The notes under the pieces are model-generated. The model was not told the origin of the DNA and made no database searches. It worked only from the letters and a program-made list of their open reading frames with translations. Positions 36,787-45,781 of a stretch of DNA of 64,000 bases are shown piece by piece. How positions within the stretch are numbered: position 1 is the stretch's first letter; each line of letters begins with the position of its first letter. This stretch comes from Clostridia bacterium. GTDB lineage: Bacteria > Bacillota > Peptococcia > DRI-13 > SM3-B62. The DNA is taken from assembly GCA_018432615.1 (NCBI GenBank), contig JAHDSQ010000006.1, positions 18,432 through 82,431 on the forward strand, read 5' to 3'. The position numbers were made by a program, and so were the translations under genes.

Positions 36787-38553
36787 TTGCCTGCTCCGGT
36801 TATTAGAAAAACAAAAATAGTATGTACAATAGGCCCCGCAAGTCAAGAAGCAGATATTTTAGAAAAACTTCTGGTCAACGGTATGAACGTAGCCCGTCTT
36901 AATTTTTCACACGGTACTTATGAGGAGCATCGCAGCCGCATTGCTTCGATTCGTCAGGCTTCGAAAAACACCGGTATACCGGTTGCCGTCATGCTTGATA
37001 CTAAGGGTCCGGAAATAAGGGTGGGCTTTTTTGAAAATGGGAGAATAAAGTTAAGCGAGGGAAATCAATTTGTTCTGACGACACGGCAAATAACCGGGAC
37101 GGAAAAAGAAGTCTCGGTCAGTTATATTAAACTGCCGGAGGATGTGGAGGTAGGAAACCAAGTCCTGCTGGACGATGGGTTGATATCCCTGCGTGTTAAA
37201 AAAGTGGAGGATACGGAAATAATTTGTGAGGTCGAAAACGGCGGAGAACTCAGTAATAGAAAGAAAGTGAACATTCCCGGAGTAAATGTTAATTTACCGG
37301 GGCTTACGGAAAAAGACATTGACGATATCAGGCTGGGAATTGAAGAGGACGTTGATATCATTGCGGCTTCTTTTATTCGCAACGCCGAAGACGTAATTAA
37401 TATCAGGAGGGTGTTGGAAAGGTACGATTCCGACATCAATATCATTTCTAAAATTGAAAACCGACAAGGTGTGGAAAATCTGGATGAAATCATCAAAGTC
37501 TCCGACGGGATCATGGTGGCACGAGGAGATCTTGGTGTTGAAATACCCGCGGAAGAGGTCCCCATCGTTCAGAAAAAGCTGATAAGCAGATGTAATACTG
37601 CCGGCAAGCCGGTTATTACCGCCACTCAAATGTTGGAGTCAATGATTAAAAACCCCCGCCCGACCAGGGCGGAGGCCAGCGATGTGGCAAATGCCATCTA
37701 TGATGGGACAGATGCCATTATGCTTTCGGCTGAAACGGCCACAGGAAAGTATCCGGTGGAAGCAGTACAGACCATGAGCAGGATTGCTGTAAGGATTGAA
37801 GAATCTCTTGATTGGGAGGAATTCAGCAAAAAACGGGCTTCGACCGTGGCGCAAACCACCACAGAGGCCATTAGTTATGCTACCTGTGCATCGGCCCATA
37901 GCCTTGGAGCGGCGGCGATAATAACCGCAACAAAGTCCGGTTCGACTGCACGTATGGTTTCCAAGTATTCGCCCAAGGTGCCGATCGTTGCGGTAACGCC
38001 AAACCATAAAACACGGCAGCATCTGCTTCTGGTAAAAGGGGTCTATCCTCTTATTTCGCCGGAAAGCGAAACCACGGATGGAATGATCACAATTGCTGTT
38101 GACACGGCGGTTCAGGCTGGTTATGTCAAAAACGGAGAGCTTGTAGTCATAACTGCGGGGGTCCCGGTGGGAATACCCGGTTCCACAAACCTGATCAAAA
38201 TCCATACGGTAGGCGAAGTGATTGCCAGAGGAACGGGAATCGGCAAGGGATCCGTGGCCGGGAAAGTGGTAGTTGCTAAAAAGCCCGCTGAAGCGATAGA
38301 AAAGGTGGGTAAAGGGGATATTCTTGTAACCGTATCGGCTGATAGTGATTTTATGCCTGCTCTAAAAAAGGCGGCAGCTCTCATTACGGAAGAGGGAGGT
38401 CTTACTTCGGATGGAGCGATAATGGGAATCAATCTTGGCATTGAGGTTATTGTGGGCGTTAAGAATGCCACGTCCAAATTGAAACAGTCGGAATTGGTTA
38501 CGGTCGATCCACTGCGAGGGCTGATTTACCGGGGAAATGCGAAAGTACTATAG
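36787..38553 (+). CDS. pyk: Pyruvate kinase with C-terminal PEP-utiliser mobile domain
   Basis: It contains KTKIVCTIGPAS ... MVARGDLGVEIP ... the pyruvate kinase signature, plus a C-terminal ~90 aa swivelling domain (ITEEGGLTSDGAIMG). Confidence 0.96.
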   Translation: MPAPVIRKTKIVCTIGPASQEADILEKLLVNGMNVARLNFSHGTYEEHRSRIASIRQASKNTGIPVAVMLDTKGPEIRVGFFENGRIKLSEGNQFVLTTRQITGTEKEVSVSYIKLPEDVEVGNQVLLDDGLISLRVKKVEDTEIICEVENGGELSNRKKVNIPGVNVNLPGLTEKDIDDIRLGIEEDVDIIAASFIRNAEDVINIRRVLERYDSDINIISKIENRQGVENLDEIIKVSDGIMVARGDLGVEIPAEEVPIVQKKLISRCNTAGKPVITATQMLESMIKNPRPTRAEASDVANAIYDGTDAIMLSAETATGKYPVEAVQTMSRIAVRIEESLDWEEFSKKRASTVAQTTTEAISYATCASAHSLGAAAIITATKSGSTARMVSKYSPKVPIVAVTPNHKTRQHLLLVKGVYPLISPESETTDGMITIAVDTAVQAGYVKNGELVVITAGVPVGIPGSTNLIKIHTVGEVIARGTGIGKGSVAGKVVVAKKPAEAIEKVGKGDILVTVSADSDFMPALKKAAALITEEGGLTSDGAIMGINLGIEVIVGVKNATSKLKQSELVTVDPLRGLIYRGNAKVL

Positions 38554-38576
38554 CAAAAGAGAGGTGAAGCCCTGTC

Positions 38577-38903
38577 ATGACCTATAACTCCCGTTTGAAA
38601 AGTGAAATACTGGATAGACTTTTTGAGGCAATCCTGCTGTTGGAAACGAAAGAGGAATGTTACAGGTTTTTTGAGGATATCTGTACCATCGGTGAGATTA
38701 AGACCATTGCCCAGCGGTGGGAGGTTGCCAAAATGTTGGATCAAAACCAGACGTATACCGATATCGTTGAGAAATCCGGGGCCAGTACCGCTACGGTCAG
38801 CAGGGTCAAACGCTGTCTCTTTTTCGGGGCCGATGGGTACAGGTTGGTTCTCAACCGGCTTCAGGAAAGAAAAGTGGAAACAAGAGAAAATGAAACTGAA
38901 TAA
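38577..38903 (+). CDS. yerC: TrpR-like YerC/YecD family regulator (candidate HisR-type repressor)
   Basis: 108 aa. LFEAILLLETKEECYRFFEDICTIGEIKTIAQRWEVAKML....YTDIVEKSGASTATVSRVKRCL is the YerC/YecD signature. The overlapping alternative-frame ORF 38602..38928 is rejected. Confidence 0.85.
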   Translation: MTYNSRLKSEILDRLFEAILLLETKEECYRFFEDICTIGEIKTIAQRWEVAKMLDQNQTYTDIVEKSGASTATVSRVKRCLFFGADGYRLVLNRLQERKVETRENETE

Positions 38904-38929
38904 GAATAAATTAATATTCATTACATGAT

Positions 38930-38960
38930 AGGTCGGCAGTATCTCCGGCCTGTTGTTTTT
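38930..38960 (+). terminator. Terminator after yerC
   Basis: The stem AGGTCGG / CCGGCCT with an 8-nt loop is followed by GTTGTTTTT. Confidence 0.6.
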
Positions 38961-38994
38961 GCCTGGGGAAGTTGAAATTGGGAGAAAATACTGC

Positions 38995-39023
38995 TTGACA
39001 AATCATTTTTCAATTCATACAAT
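38995..39023 (+). promoter_or_regulatory. Sigma-A-like promoter of the his operon (TTGACA-17 nt-TACAAT)
   Basis: TTGACA at 38995-39000 and TACAAT at 39018-39023. The downstream leader contains the TGTTAACA palindrome (about 39035-39042) and a repeated GTGTTA motif. Confidence 0.55.
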
Positions 39024-39086
39024 TACTATATTATTGTGTTAACATATTAGCGTGTTATTACTTTAAAATGTTAAAGAGACGAAGGT

Positions 39087-40286
39087 GTGATCGTATTGAA
39101 AAACGGCAATAACTTAAGAATTCCGGCAGGTATGCGTGACTGGCTCCCCGGTGAAGCGGAAAGAAGAAGACACCTGATCAACTGCATCATGGAGAAAATA
39201 TCATTATGGGGCTACCGGGAGATAGCAACGCCTCTGTTGGAATATTGCCAGATACTTACTCAAGGAGAAAAACAGACCGGTGACGACCAGTTGTATAAAC
39301 TGGTAGATCGTGATGGCAGCGTCTTAGCACTTAGACCGGAGATGACGATCCCTATCGCTCGGGTCCTGGGCAGCAAAAAGTTGTCTGCTGCTCCGTTGAG
39401 GCTCATGTACGGTGGGCAGGTCTTCAGATATGAAAACGTGCAAGCAGGAAGACTCCGAGAATTCAATCAGGTTGGGGTGGAATTGATAGGTGAAAAAGGG
39501 CCTGAAGCCGATGGGGAAATCCTGGCTCTTGTCATTGAAGCACTCAAGTGCATCGGTTTAAAGGAGTTCACGGTGAGTTTAGGACACACCGGAGTATTGG
39601 AAGGCTTGCAGGAAGGATTATCTTGGATGGAAGAGGATCTGGATGAATTGAGAAGCCTCATCCTTGAAAAGGATTTTGCCGGATTATGCCATCTTTTTGA
39701 GAAGGCGGGAATGCAAGCAAAAAAACAGGAGGAATTGATTCGACTGTTGACCCATCCCGTTCCGCTGGAGAGAATAAACGAAATCAACGGGGGGCTACCC
39801 GAGGGTATAGAGAGGGCCTTAAATGAGTTAAAGCGTATGGCAGAAGTACTTGGTTTGTATGGATATGAGTCCTTTATTCAGGTGGATTTAAGCACTTTGC
39901 GGCGGCAGGCCTATTATTCCGGTATGGTGTTTGAGATATATACGGCAGGACTGGGATATCCTATTGGCGGCGGAGGACGTTACGACAATCTGCTGCAGTT
40001 GTTTGGCAAGAAATGTCCGGCAACAGGGTTTGCTTTGGGGATTGAAAGGCTGCTTTTGAGTCTGCAGGCTGAGGAGGATTCCGGAGGGAAAACCTTCTTA
40101 TTAGCCGGAGCCGGTGATGAAAAGGTCAGGAAGGCTATGGTCGAAAAGGCCCGGCGGCTGCGAGCAAAGGGAAATGCCGCTGTAGTCAGCTTTACGGCAA
40201 GTGACAAAGAAGAAGCGGAAAGGCATGCGGTTCGCATAAATGCCGAGCTTGTCTGGTATAAGGGAGGAAGCAATGATGAAATTTAA
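39087..40286 (+). CDS. hisZ: ATP phosphoribosyltransferase regulatory subunit
   Basis: 399 aa, a HisRS-like paralogue lacking the anticodon-binding domain (PAGMRDWLP ... RYENVQAGRLREFNQVGVELIG). It directly precedes a short-form hisG. Confidence 0.9.
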   Translation: MIVLKNGNNLRIPAGMRDWLPGEAERRRHLINCIMEKISLWGYREIATPLLEYCQILTQGEKQTGDDQLYKLVDRDGSVLALRPEMTIPIARVLGSKKLSAAPLRLMYGGQVFRYENVQAGRLREFNQVGVELIGEKGPEADGEILALVIEALKCIGLKEFTVSLGHTGVLEGLQEGLSWMEEDLDELRSLILEKDFAGLCHLFEKAGMQAKKQEELIRLLTHPVPLERINEINGGLPEGIERALNELKRMAEVLGLYGYESFIQVDLSTLRRQAYYSGMVFEIYTAGLGYPIGGGGRYDNLLQLFGKKCPATGFALGIERLLLSLQAEEDSGGKTFLLAGAGDEKVRKAMVEKARRLRAKGNAAVVSFTASDKEEAERHAVRINAELVWYKGGSNDEI

Positions 40287-40920
40287 TCTTACAATAGCCC
40301 TGCCCAAAGGTAAGCTGTTTGAACCCAGCGCCGATATCCTAAGCAAAGTAGGTTTCAATATCGAGGGCTTTTCCGATAAGTCACGTGCTTTGGTGTTTAC
40401 GGATGAAGAAAAAAAGATACGTTTTATTGTCTGCCGTCCCACAGATATTCCCACTTATGTCGAACACGGAGCTGCCGATTTGGGATTTGTCGGTAAGGAC
40501 AGCATCATTGAAGCCGGGAAAGACCTGTACGAAATGGTCGATTTAAAATACGGGTTCTGTCGTTTTGTTGTGGCGGCACCGAGAAAAAAATTGGATGTCA
40601 ACGGTAATTTCTCCTGGAACCAGGGAGTGCGTATCGCCACAAAATTTCCTGTTATTGCCGGAGAATACCTGAGTAAAAAGGGACTGCAGGGAGAGATAAT
40701 TAAGTTGCATGGTAATATTGAGCTTGCTCCTTGTGTAGGGCTTGCGGAGCTTATTGTAGATATAGTCTCAACGGGTAAAACTTTGCAAGAAAATGACATG
40801 GTGCCCTTGGAAGAGATTGGTCAGGCCTCGGCGCGTCTCATCGTCAATAGGGCCAGTTATCGCTTGAAGGCTGCAGAAATCAATGATCTTGTCGATAGAA
40901 TCAAACAGTTGGTGGGATAA
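40273..40920 (+). CDS. hisG: ATP phosphoribosyltransferase (short form)
   Basis: It contains MMKFNLTIALPKGKL ... DIVSTGKTL. The ATG at 40273 after a GGGAGG SD is preferred over the track start at 40240 and overlaps the end of hisZ. Confidence 0.93.
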   Translation: MMKFNLTIALPKGKLFEPSADILSKVGFNIEGFSDKSRALVFTDEEKKIRFIVCRPTDIPTYVEHGAADLGFVGKDSIIEAGKDLYEMVDLKYGFCRFVVAAPRKKLDVNGNFSWNQGVRIATKFPVIAGEYLSKKGLQGEIIKLHGNIELAPCVGLAELIVDIVSTGKTLQENDMVPLEEIGQASARLIVNRASYRLKAAEINDLVDRIKQLVG

Positions 40921-40927
40921 AGGGGGT

Positions 40928-42229
40928 GTGAAGGCATTGTTGAAAAGATACGAATGGCCCTCGGAGGAAGCCCGTGCGAGGATAAAAACGTCTTTTTTTG
41001 AGGATGGGAAAATATGGAACGTAGTCAGTGAAATCGTGGAAAGAGTCAAAAAAGACCAAGACAAAGCCTTGCTGGAGTATACAGCCTCCTTTGATAAGTG
41101 TATGCTTGAAGAGGGGGATATACGGGTTAAGAAAGAGGAAATCGAAAAGGCCTATGGGCAGGTCGAAGAAGCATTTATCGAGTCCTTGCGGCAGGCTAAG
41201 GATAACATACTGCGGTTTCATTCCTTGCAAAAACAGAAGAACTGGTTCGATCAGGATAAACAAGGGTCGATTGTCGGACAGCTTATTCAGCCTTTGGAAA
41301 GGGTCGGCCATTACATACCGGGTGGTACCGCCAATTATCCTTCTTCCGTTTTGATGACCTGCCTGCCGGCTGTTGTGGCGGGTGTTGAAGAAATTGTCAT
41401 GGTGACGCCTCCCGGGAAGAATAAGGAAGTGCCAGCGGCAACGTTGGTGGCAGCAAAGGAAGCCGGTGTTGACGAGATTTATCGTGTGGGCGGGGCTCAG
41501 GCCATAGCCGCTCTTGCCTATGGGACAAAGACCATCAAGCCCGTCGATAAAATCGTGGGGCCGGGCAATGCTTTTGTAACCCTGGCCAAGAAGATGGTAT
41601 TTGGTCAAGTCGGTATCGATATGCTAGCCGGGCCCAGCGAAATTGTCGTGGTTGGTGATGGAAGCATAGAGCCGGCATATGCGGCTGCTGATTTATTATC
41701 ACAGGCCGAGCATGATACCCATGCTCGGGCTATCTTGGTAACACCCGATAGCCGTTGGGCGGAGCAAGTAATTACTGAGATGGACGTGCAGTTGACAAAA
41801 CTGTCCCGCCGTGAAACAGCTGTGGAAGCCTTGGAAAAATACGGAGCGGTAGTTGTGGTGAAAGACCTGGCGGAAGCCCTGGAGGTGGCGAATTTTATTG
41901 CTCCGGAGCATTTAGAGTTGCTGGTTTGTGAGCCGTGGAACTGTTTAGCCCAAATCAAACATGCGGGGGCAATCTTTTTAGGGCCTTATTCCCCGGAACC
42001 CTTAGGTGATTACTGGGCAGGTCCTAATCACGTTTTGCCCACCGGCGGCTCGGCTCGTTTCAGTTCGCCTCTCACGGTGGATGATTTTTGCAAACGTTCA
42101 AGTCTAATCAATTACAGTAGAGAAGGATTATTGCAAGCGGCCGGACCGGTATCGGTGTTAACAAAAGCCGAAGGCTTGGCGGCTCACGGTGCTGCTCTGG
42201 ACATACGTTGTAAAAAAGAGGAGGTATGA
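40928..42229 (+). CDS. hisD: Histidinol dehydrogenase
   Basis: It contains GGAQAIAALAYGT ... DMLAGPSE ... SQAEHD. The start is ambiguous (GTG 40928 or TTG 40937). The track ATG at 40883 lies inside hisG. Confidence 0.93.
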   Translation: MKALLKRYEWPSEEARARIKTSFFEDGKIWNVVSEIVERVKKDQDKALLEYTASFDKCMLEEGDIRVKKEEIEKAYGQVEEAFIESLRQAKDNILRFHSLQKQKNWFDQDKQGSIVGQLIQPLERVGHYIPGGTANYPSSVLMTCLPAVVAGVEEIVMVTPPGKNKEVPAATLVAAKEAGVDEIYRVGGAQAIAALAYGTKTIKPVDKIVGPGNAFVTLAKKMVFGQVGIDMLAGPSEIVVVGDGSIEPAYAAADLLSQAEHDTHARAILVTPDSRWAEQVITEMDVQLTKLSRRETAVEALEKYGAVVVVKDLAEALEVANFIAPEHLELLVCEPWNCLAQIKHAGAIFLGPYSPEPLGDYWAGPNHVLPTGGSARFSSPLTVDDFCKRSSLINYSREGLLQAAGPVSVLTKAEGLAAHGAALDIRCKKEEV

Positions 42230-42232
42230 AGA

Positions 42233-42811
42233 ATGCGTAAAGGCATGGTGGCAAGAAAGACCAGCGAAACCGATATCAAGCTGAGCCTTTGCCTTGAAGG
42301 AGATGGAACCTTACAGGGCGACAGTGGCAGCGGTTTTCTGAATCACATGCTGCAGCAGCTGGTCAAGCATGGCGGGTTCAGTCTGAAGATAGAGGTACAG
42401 GGAGATTACGAGGTGGACAACCATCATACGGTAGAAGACCTTGGACTGTGTGTGGGTAAGGCTTTCCTTGAGGCACTGGGTGACAAGAAAGGGATAGCGC
42501 GCTACGCCTCGTTGGCGCTGCCTCTTGATGAGGCTCTGGTGCTATGTGTCGTAGATGTCAGCGGACGGCCTGGTCTGTTTTATGACGTCGACTTTACAAC
42601 AGAAAAGATAGGGGAGTTTGATACGGAATTGGTGCAGGTTTTTTGGCAAGCCTTTGCGATTGAGGCTAGAGTTACCTTGCATATCCGGAAGCTGGCCGGG
42701 GAGAATTCTCACCATCTTGCCGAAGCTGTGTTTAAAGGAATGGCCAGAGTCTTAAAAAGCGCTGTAAGGATTGAAAGTAAAGATATACCCTCTTCCAAGG
42801 GGGTACTGTGA
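42233..42811 (+). CDS. hisB: Imidazoleglycerol-phosphate dehydratase
   Basis: It contains RKTSETDI ... DNHHTVEDLGLCVGKA ... ENSHHLAEAVFKG. Confidence 0.95.
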   Translation: MRKGMVARKTSETDIKLSLCLEGDGTLQGDSGSGFLNHMLQQLVKHGGFSLKIEVQGDYEVDNHHTVEDLGLCVGKAFLEALGDKKGIARYASLALPLDEALVLCVVDVSGRPGLFYDVDFTTEKIGEFDTELVQVFWQAFAIEARVTLHIRKLAGENSHHLAEAVFKGMARVLKSAVRIESKDIPSSKGVL

Positions 42812-43441
42812 TTGAAAACAGTAGTGCTTGACTATGGGGTGGGAAATCTGGCAAGTGTGTCTCAGGGACTCGAACACGCCGGTCTTAAACCCCTGGTCAC
42901 AAACAATAAAGAAGAAATATTGCGGGCTAAGGCAATTGTCCTGCCAGGGGTAGGGGCATTTCCCCAGGGAATGGAGAACCTGCAGAAATTTGGCTTATTG
43001 CCGGTTATCAAGGAAGCGGTTGCGGCAGGGACTCCTTTTCTGGGTATTTGCTTGGGGATGCAGCTGCTCTTTGAAGAAAGCGATGAATACGGCAGACATC
43101 AAGGTTTGGGATTTCTTACCGGTCGGGTAGGGAGGTTTCCTCCCGGCCTTAAGGTGCCCCACATGGGCTGGAATACGTTGATGCCAAGCTGCGAACATCC
43201 GTTGCTCAAAGGTGTCAAGAAGGAAAGCTATGTATATTTTGTTCATTCGTACCAGGCGTGTGGTTGTGATCCGTCACAAATAGTAGCCAGTACGATTTAT
43301 GGGGTAGAATTTCCGGCGATTGTGTGTTTTAATAACATCGTGGGAACTCAGTTTCATCCGGAAAAAAGCAGTAGGATCGGGCTGACGATATTGAGAAATT
43401 TTAAGGAGATGGTCGACAATGGAGGTAATCCCAGCCATTGA
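42812..43441 (+). CDS. hisH: Imidazole glycerol phosphate synthase, glutaminase subunit
   Basis: TTG start abutting the hisB stop. It contains LDYGVGNL ... PFLGICLGMQLL ... VGTQFHPEKS. Confidence 0.94.
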   Translation: MKTVVLDYGVGNLASVSQGLEHAGLKPLVTNNKEEILRAKAIVLPGVGAFPQGMENLQKFGLLPVIKEAVAAGTPFLGICLGMQLLFEESDEYGRHQGLGFLTGRVGRFPPGLKVPHMGWNTLMPSCEHPLLKGVKKESYVYFVHSYQACGCDPSQIVASTIYGVEFPAIVCFNNIVGTQFHPEKSSRIGLTILRNFKEMVDNGGNPSH

Positions 43442-44144
43442 CTTAAGGGATGGCAGCTGTGTACGCCTGGTACAGGGTGAGTTAGGTACGGAAACTATTT
43501 ATTCGGACGAGCCGGTGGAAATGGCTCGGCGTTGGGAAAGGATGGGGGCCTCGAGACTGCATGTAGTTGATTTGGATGGCGCTTTTACCGGTTCTCCGCA
43601 AAACCTTGATGTCATCAAGGATATGCTGGAAGCGGTAAAGATACCTTTGCAGGTAGGCGGAGGCATTCGTACCATGGAAACAGTAAGAGAAGTTTTAGAA
43701 ATTGGAGTAGACAGGGTAATACTCGGAACCGCTGCGATTCTCTCTCCGGAGCTTGTTGGGCAGTGTTGCAGAGAATATGGTGAACGAATCGTTGTAGGGA
43801 TTGATGGAAAGAACGGGCTGGTAGCCATTGAGGGCTGGGAGGCTACGGTGGAAATGACTATAGAAAAGCTAGCCATGACAATTCGGGAACTTGGTATAAA
43901 AAGGGTTATATTTACCGATACCCGGCGTGACGGAACGTTACGCGGGCCTAATATGGAAGCAACGAAAGGGCTTGCCGAGGCAAGCGGTTTAAAGGTAATA
44001 GCGTCCGGTGGTGTATCTTCGTTGGACGACTTACGTGCCTTGAGGTTGCTTAAGGAATATGGAGTCGAGGGTGTTATTATGGGTAAGGCCTTGTATTCAG
44101 GGGCAATTAGCCTGTCAGATGCCCTTAAGGTTATGGAGGGTTAG
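43419..44144 (+). CDS. hisA: ProFAR isomerase
   Basis: It contains [15 protein letters not shown] ... LHVVDLDGA ... the (beta/alpha)8 HisA pattern. Confidence 0.94.
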   Translation: MEVIPAIDLRDGSCVRLVQGELGTETIYSDEPVEMARRWERMGASRLHVVDLDGAFTGSPQNLDVIKDMLEAVKIPLQVGGGIRTMETVREVLEIGVDRVILGTAAILSPELVGQCCREYGERIVVGIDGKNGLVAIEGWEATVEMTIEKLAMTIRELGIKRVIFTDTRRDGTLRGPNMEATKGLAEASGLKVIASGGVSSLDDLRALRLLKEYGVEGVIMGKALYSGAISLSDALKVMEG

Positions 44145-44148
44145 CTTA

Positions 44149-44907
44149 ATGCTTGCAAAACGGATTATTCCATGTTTGGATGTAAACAAGGGTCGTGTGG
44201 TTAAGGGTACAAAATTCATTAACCTGATTGATGCCGGGGATCCCGTCGAACTGGCGGAGTATTATGATAAAGCCGGAGCCGATGAGTTGGTATTCCTCGA
44301 TATTACCGCATCTGCTGAGGACAGGGATACTATCATCGACGTGGTTTCACAAGTTGCGGAAAAGGTATTTATTCCTTTCACAGTAGGCGGCGGTATCCGC
44401 ACGGTCGAAGACATGAAAAAAATACTAAAGGCAGGAGCCGACAAGGTTGCTATAAACACAGCCGCTGTTTTGAAACCCGAACTGATCAGAGAAGGTGCCG
44501 AACATTTTGGCAGCCAGTGTATCATTGTTGCCGTAGATGCTCGGCAAAGGGGTGAGGATAGCTGGGAAGTATATACTCACGGTGGTCGCAAGCCCACAGG
44601 TATTGATGTTGTCGATTGGGTCAAACAGGCCGAGTCCTTAGGAGCAGGAGAAATACTGCTGACCAGCATGGACCGGGACGGAACAAAAGATGGCTATGAT
44701 ATCGCTCTTACCCGCACCGTGAGCCGGGCTGTCAATATTCCGGTAATAGCTTCCGGCGGGATCGGCGACAAAGAGCATTTTTATGAAGGTGCCGAATTTG
44801 GTGAGGCTGACGGATTATTGGCGGCATCGATCTTCCATTTTAATGAAATGACGATCCGAGAAGTCAAAGAATACCTCCATTACAAGGGAGTTGTTGTCAG
44901 GTTATGA
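44149..44907 (+). CDS. hisF: Imidazole glycerol phosphate synthase, cyclase subunit
   Basis: It contains [20 protein letters not shown] ... TVGGGIRT ... SGGIG. The ATG at 44149 is preferred over the track start at 44059, which lies inside hisA. Confidence 0.95.
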   Translation: MLAKRIIPCLDVNKGRVVKGTKFINLIDAGDPVELAEYYDKAGADELVFLDITASAEDRDTIIDVVSQVAEKVFIPFTVGGGIRTVEDMKKILKAGADKVAINTAAVLKPELIREGAEHFGSQCIIVAVDARQRGEDSWEVYTHGGRKPTGIDVVDWVKQAESLGAGEILLTSMDRDGTKDGYDIALTRTVSRAVNIPVIASGGIGDKEHFYEGAEFGEADGLLAASIFHFNEMTIREVKEYLHYKGVVVRL

Positions 44908-45539
44908 TGGTAACCGCGGATAAGATAGCATCATTAAAATTTGACGAAAAAGGTTTGATACCGGCCGTTGTCCAGGATGTGAAAAGCGGTACGGTTTTGA
45001 TGGTTGCCTATATGAACAGGGAGGCCTTGGAAAAAACCTTGGCGGACGGCAGGACCTGGTTTTTCAGCCGCAGTAGGCAATCTCTGTGGGCCAAGGGTGA
45101 GACTTCAGGTCATATCCAAAAGGTAGTGGGGATTTATTACGACTGTGATGCCGATACCTTGCTGGTTCAGGTGCACCAAACCGGAGTAGCTTGTCACGAA
45201 GGGAACTTCTCTTGCTTTTCCAGGTCATTGATGGAAAACAAGGAGGCCGTATCTTTTGATTGGGCGGTGCTTTCCTACCTGGAGACTCTCATTAAGGAGA
45301 GAAAGGAAAAGCTGCCCGAAGGGTCTTATACTACCTATTTATTCGAAAAAGGCATCGACAAGATCTTAAAGAAGGTGGGCGAAGAAGCCACGGAGGTCGT
45401 TATTGCGGCCAAGGGTGGAAAAGAAGAGGAAATCGTTTACGAAACAGCGGACTTATTCTATCATATACTGGTGCTTTTACGAGACTGTGAGATTGACTTA
45501 AAGGATATCTGGCAGGAACTTTTTAAGAGGCATAAATAA
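44904..45539 (+). CDS. hisI: Bifunctional phosphoribosyl-AMP cyclohydrolase / phosphoribosyl-ATP pyrophosphatase
   Basis: The HisI part is GLIPAVVQD ... [19 protein letters not shown] ... DCDADTLL. The HisE part is [28 protein letters not shown]. Confidence 0.94.
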   Translation: MMVTADKIASLKFDEKGLIPAVVQDVKSGTVLMVAYMNREALEKTLADGRTWFFSRSRQSLWAKGETSGHIQKVVGIYYDCDADTLLVQVHQTGVACHEGNFSCFSRSLMENKEAVSFDWAVLSYLETLIKERKEKLPEGSYTTYLFEKGIDKILKKVGEEATEVVIAAKGGKEEEIVYETADLFYHILVLLRDCEIDLKDIWQELFKRHK

Positions 45540-45671
45540 GAACCCCACCCAACAACGTAATCAAAGATTACTGTTGGGTCCCGGGAACCTTGTTGTATTC
45601 ACAATAAGAACCCCACCCAACAAAGCAATCAAAGATTGCTGTTGGGTCCCGGGAACCTTGTTGTATCCACA
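45536..45671 (+). repeat. Two tandem 68-nt direct repeats, each containing a bulged 14-bp hairpin (his operon 3' UTR)
   Basis: Unit 1 is 45536-45603 and unit 2 is 45604-45671. They differ at 4 of 68 positions. The hairpin is ACCCAACA-(AC or AA bulge)-GTAATC-AAA-GATTAC-TGTTGGGT. Two of the four differences are a compensatory pair: T45558/A45570 versus C45626/G45638. Confidence 0.9.
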
Positions 45672-45673
45672 AT

Positions 45674-45708
45674 AAAAAACGGCATGGCGTAAGCTGTGCC
45701 GTTTTTTG
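45674..45708. terminator. Bidirectional terminator (A6 - stem - T6)
   Basis: AAAAAA-CGGCA ... TGCCG-TTTTTT. It could serve the his operon on + and the convergent ATPase gene on -. Confidence 0.7.
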
Positions 45709-45723
45709 TGCATCCAATAACAG

Positions 45724-45746
45724 CGGCGGCTTTTTTTGAGCCGCCG
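45724..45746. terminator. Second hairpin downstream of the minus-strand ATPase gene
   Basis: A perfect 8-bp GC stem (CGGCGGCT / AGCCGCCG) with a T-rich loop lies 36 nt beyond the 45782 stop. Confidence 0.45.
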
Positions 45747-45781
45747 TTTGGATTCATTAATTCTTTCGGTTGTGCCTGCAT

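Noticed and set aside
37639-38205. 188-aa minus-strand ORF, together with 37122..37565 and 37294..37629
   Set aside because: All are antisense to pyruvate kinase, whose identity is unambiguous.
38602-38928. Alternative +-strand 108-aa ORF (and the minus ORF 38526..38921) overlapping yerC
   Set aside because: The 38577 frame gives the full YerC/YecD signature. The other frames give basic low-complexity sequence.
39001-39086. Looked for a T-box riboswitch or His-codon leader peptide upstream of hisZ
   Set aside because: The leader is only ~65 nt. It has no specifier/T-box sequence, no run of His codons and no terminator/antiterminator pair.
40901-41608. 235-aa minus-strand ORF
   Set aside because: It is antisense to hisD and has no recognisable motif. 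It is a shadow ORF of a strongly supported gene.
45536-45671. Possibility that the 68-nt tandem repeats are a CRISPR array
   Set aside because: There are only two abutting units with no spacers. The unit length is far above CRISPR repeat size, and no cas genes are present.
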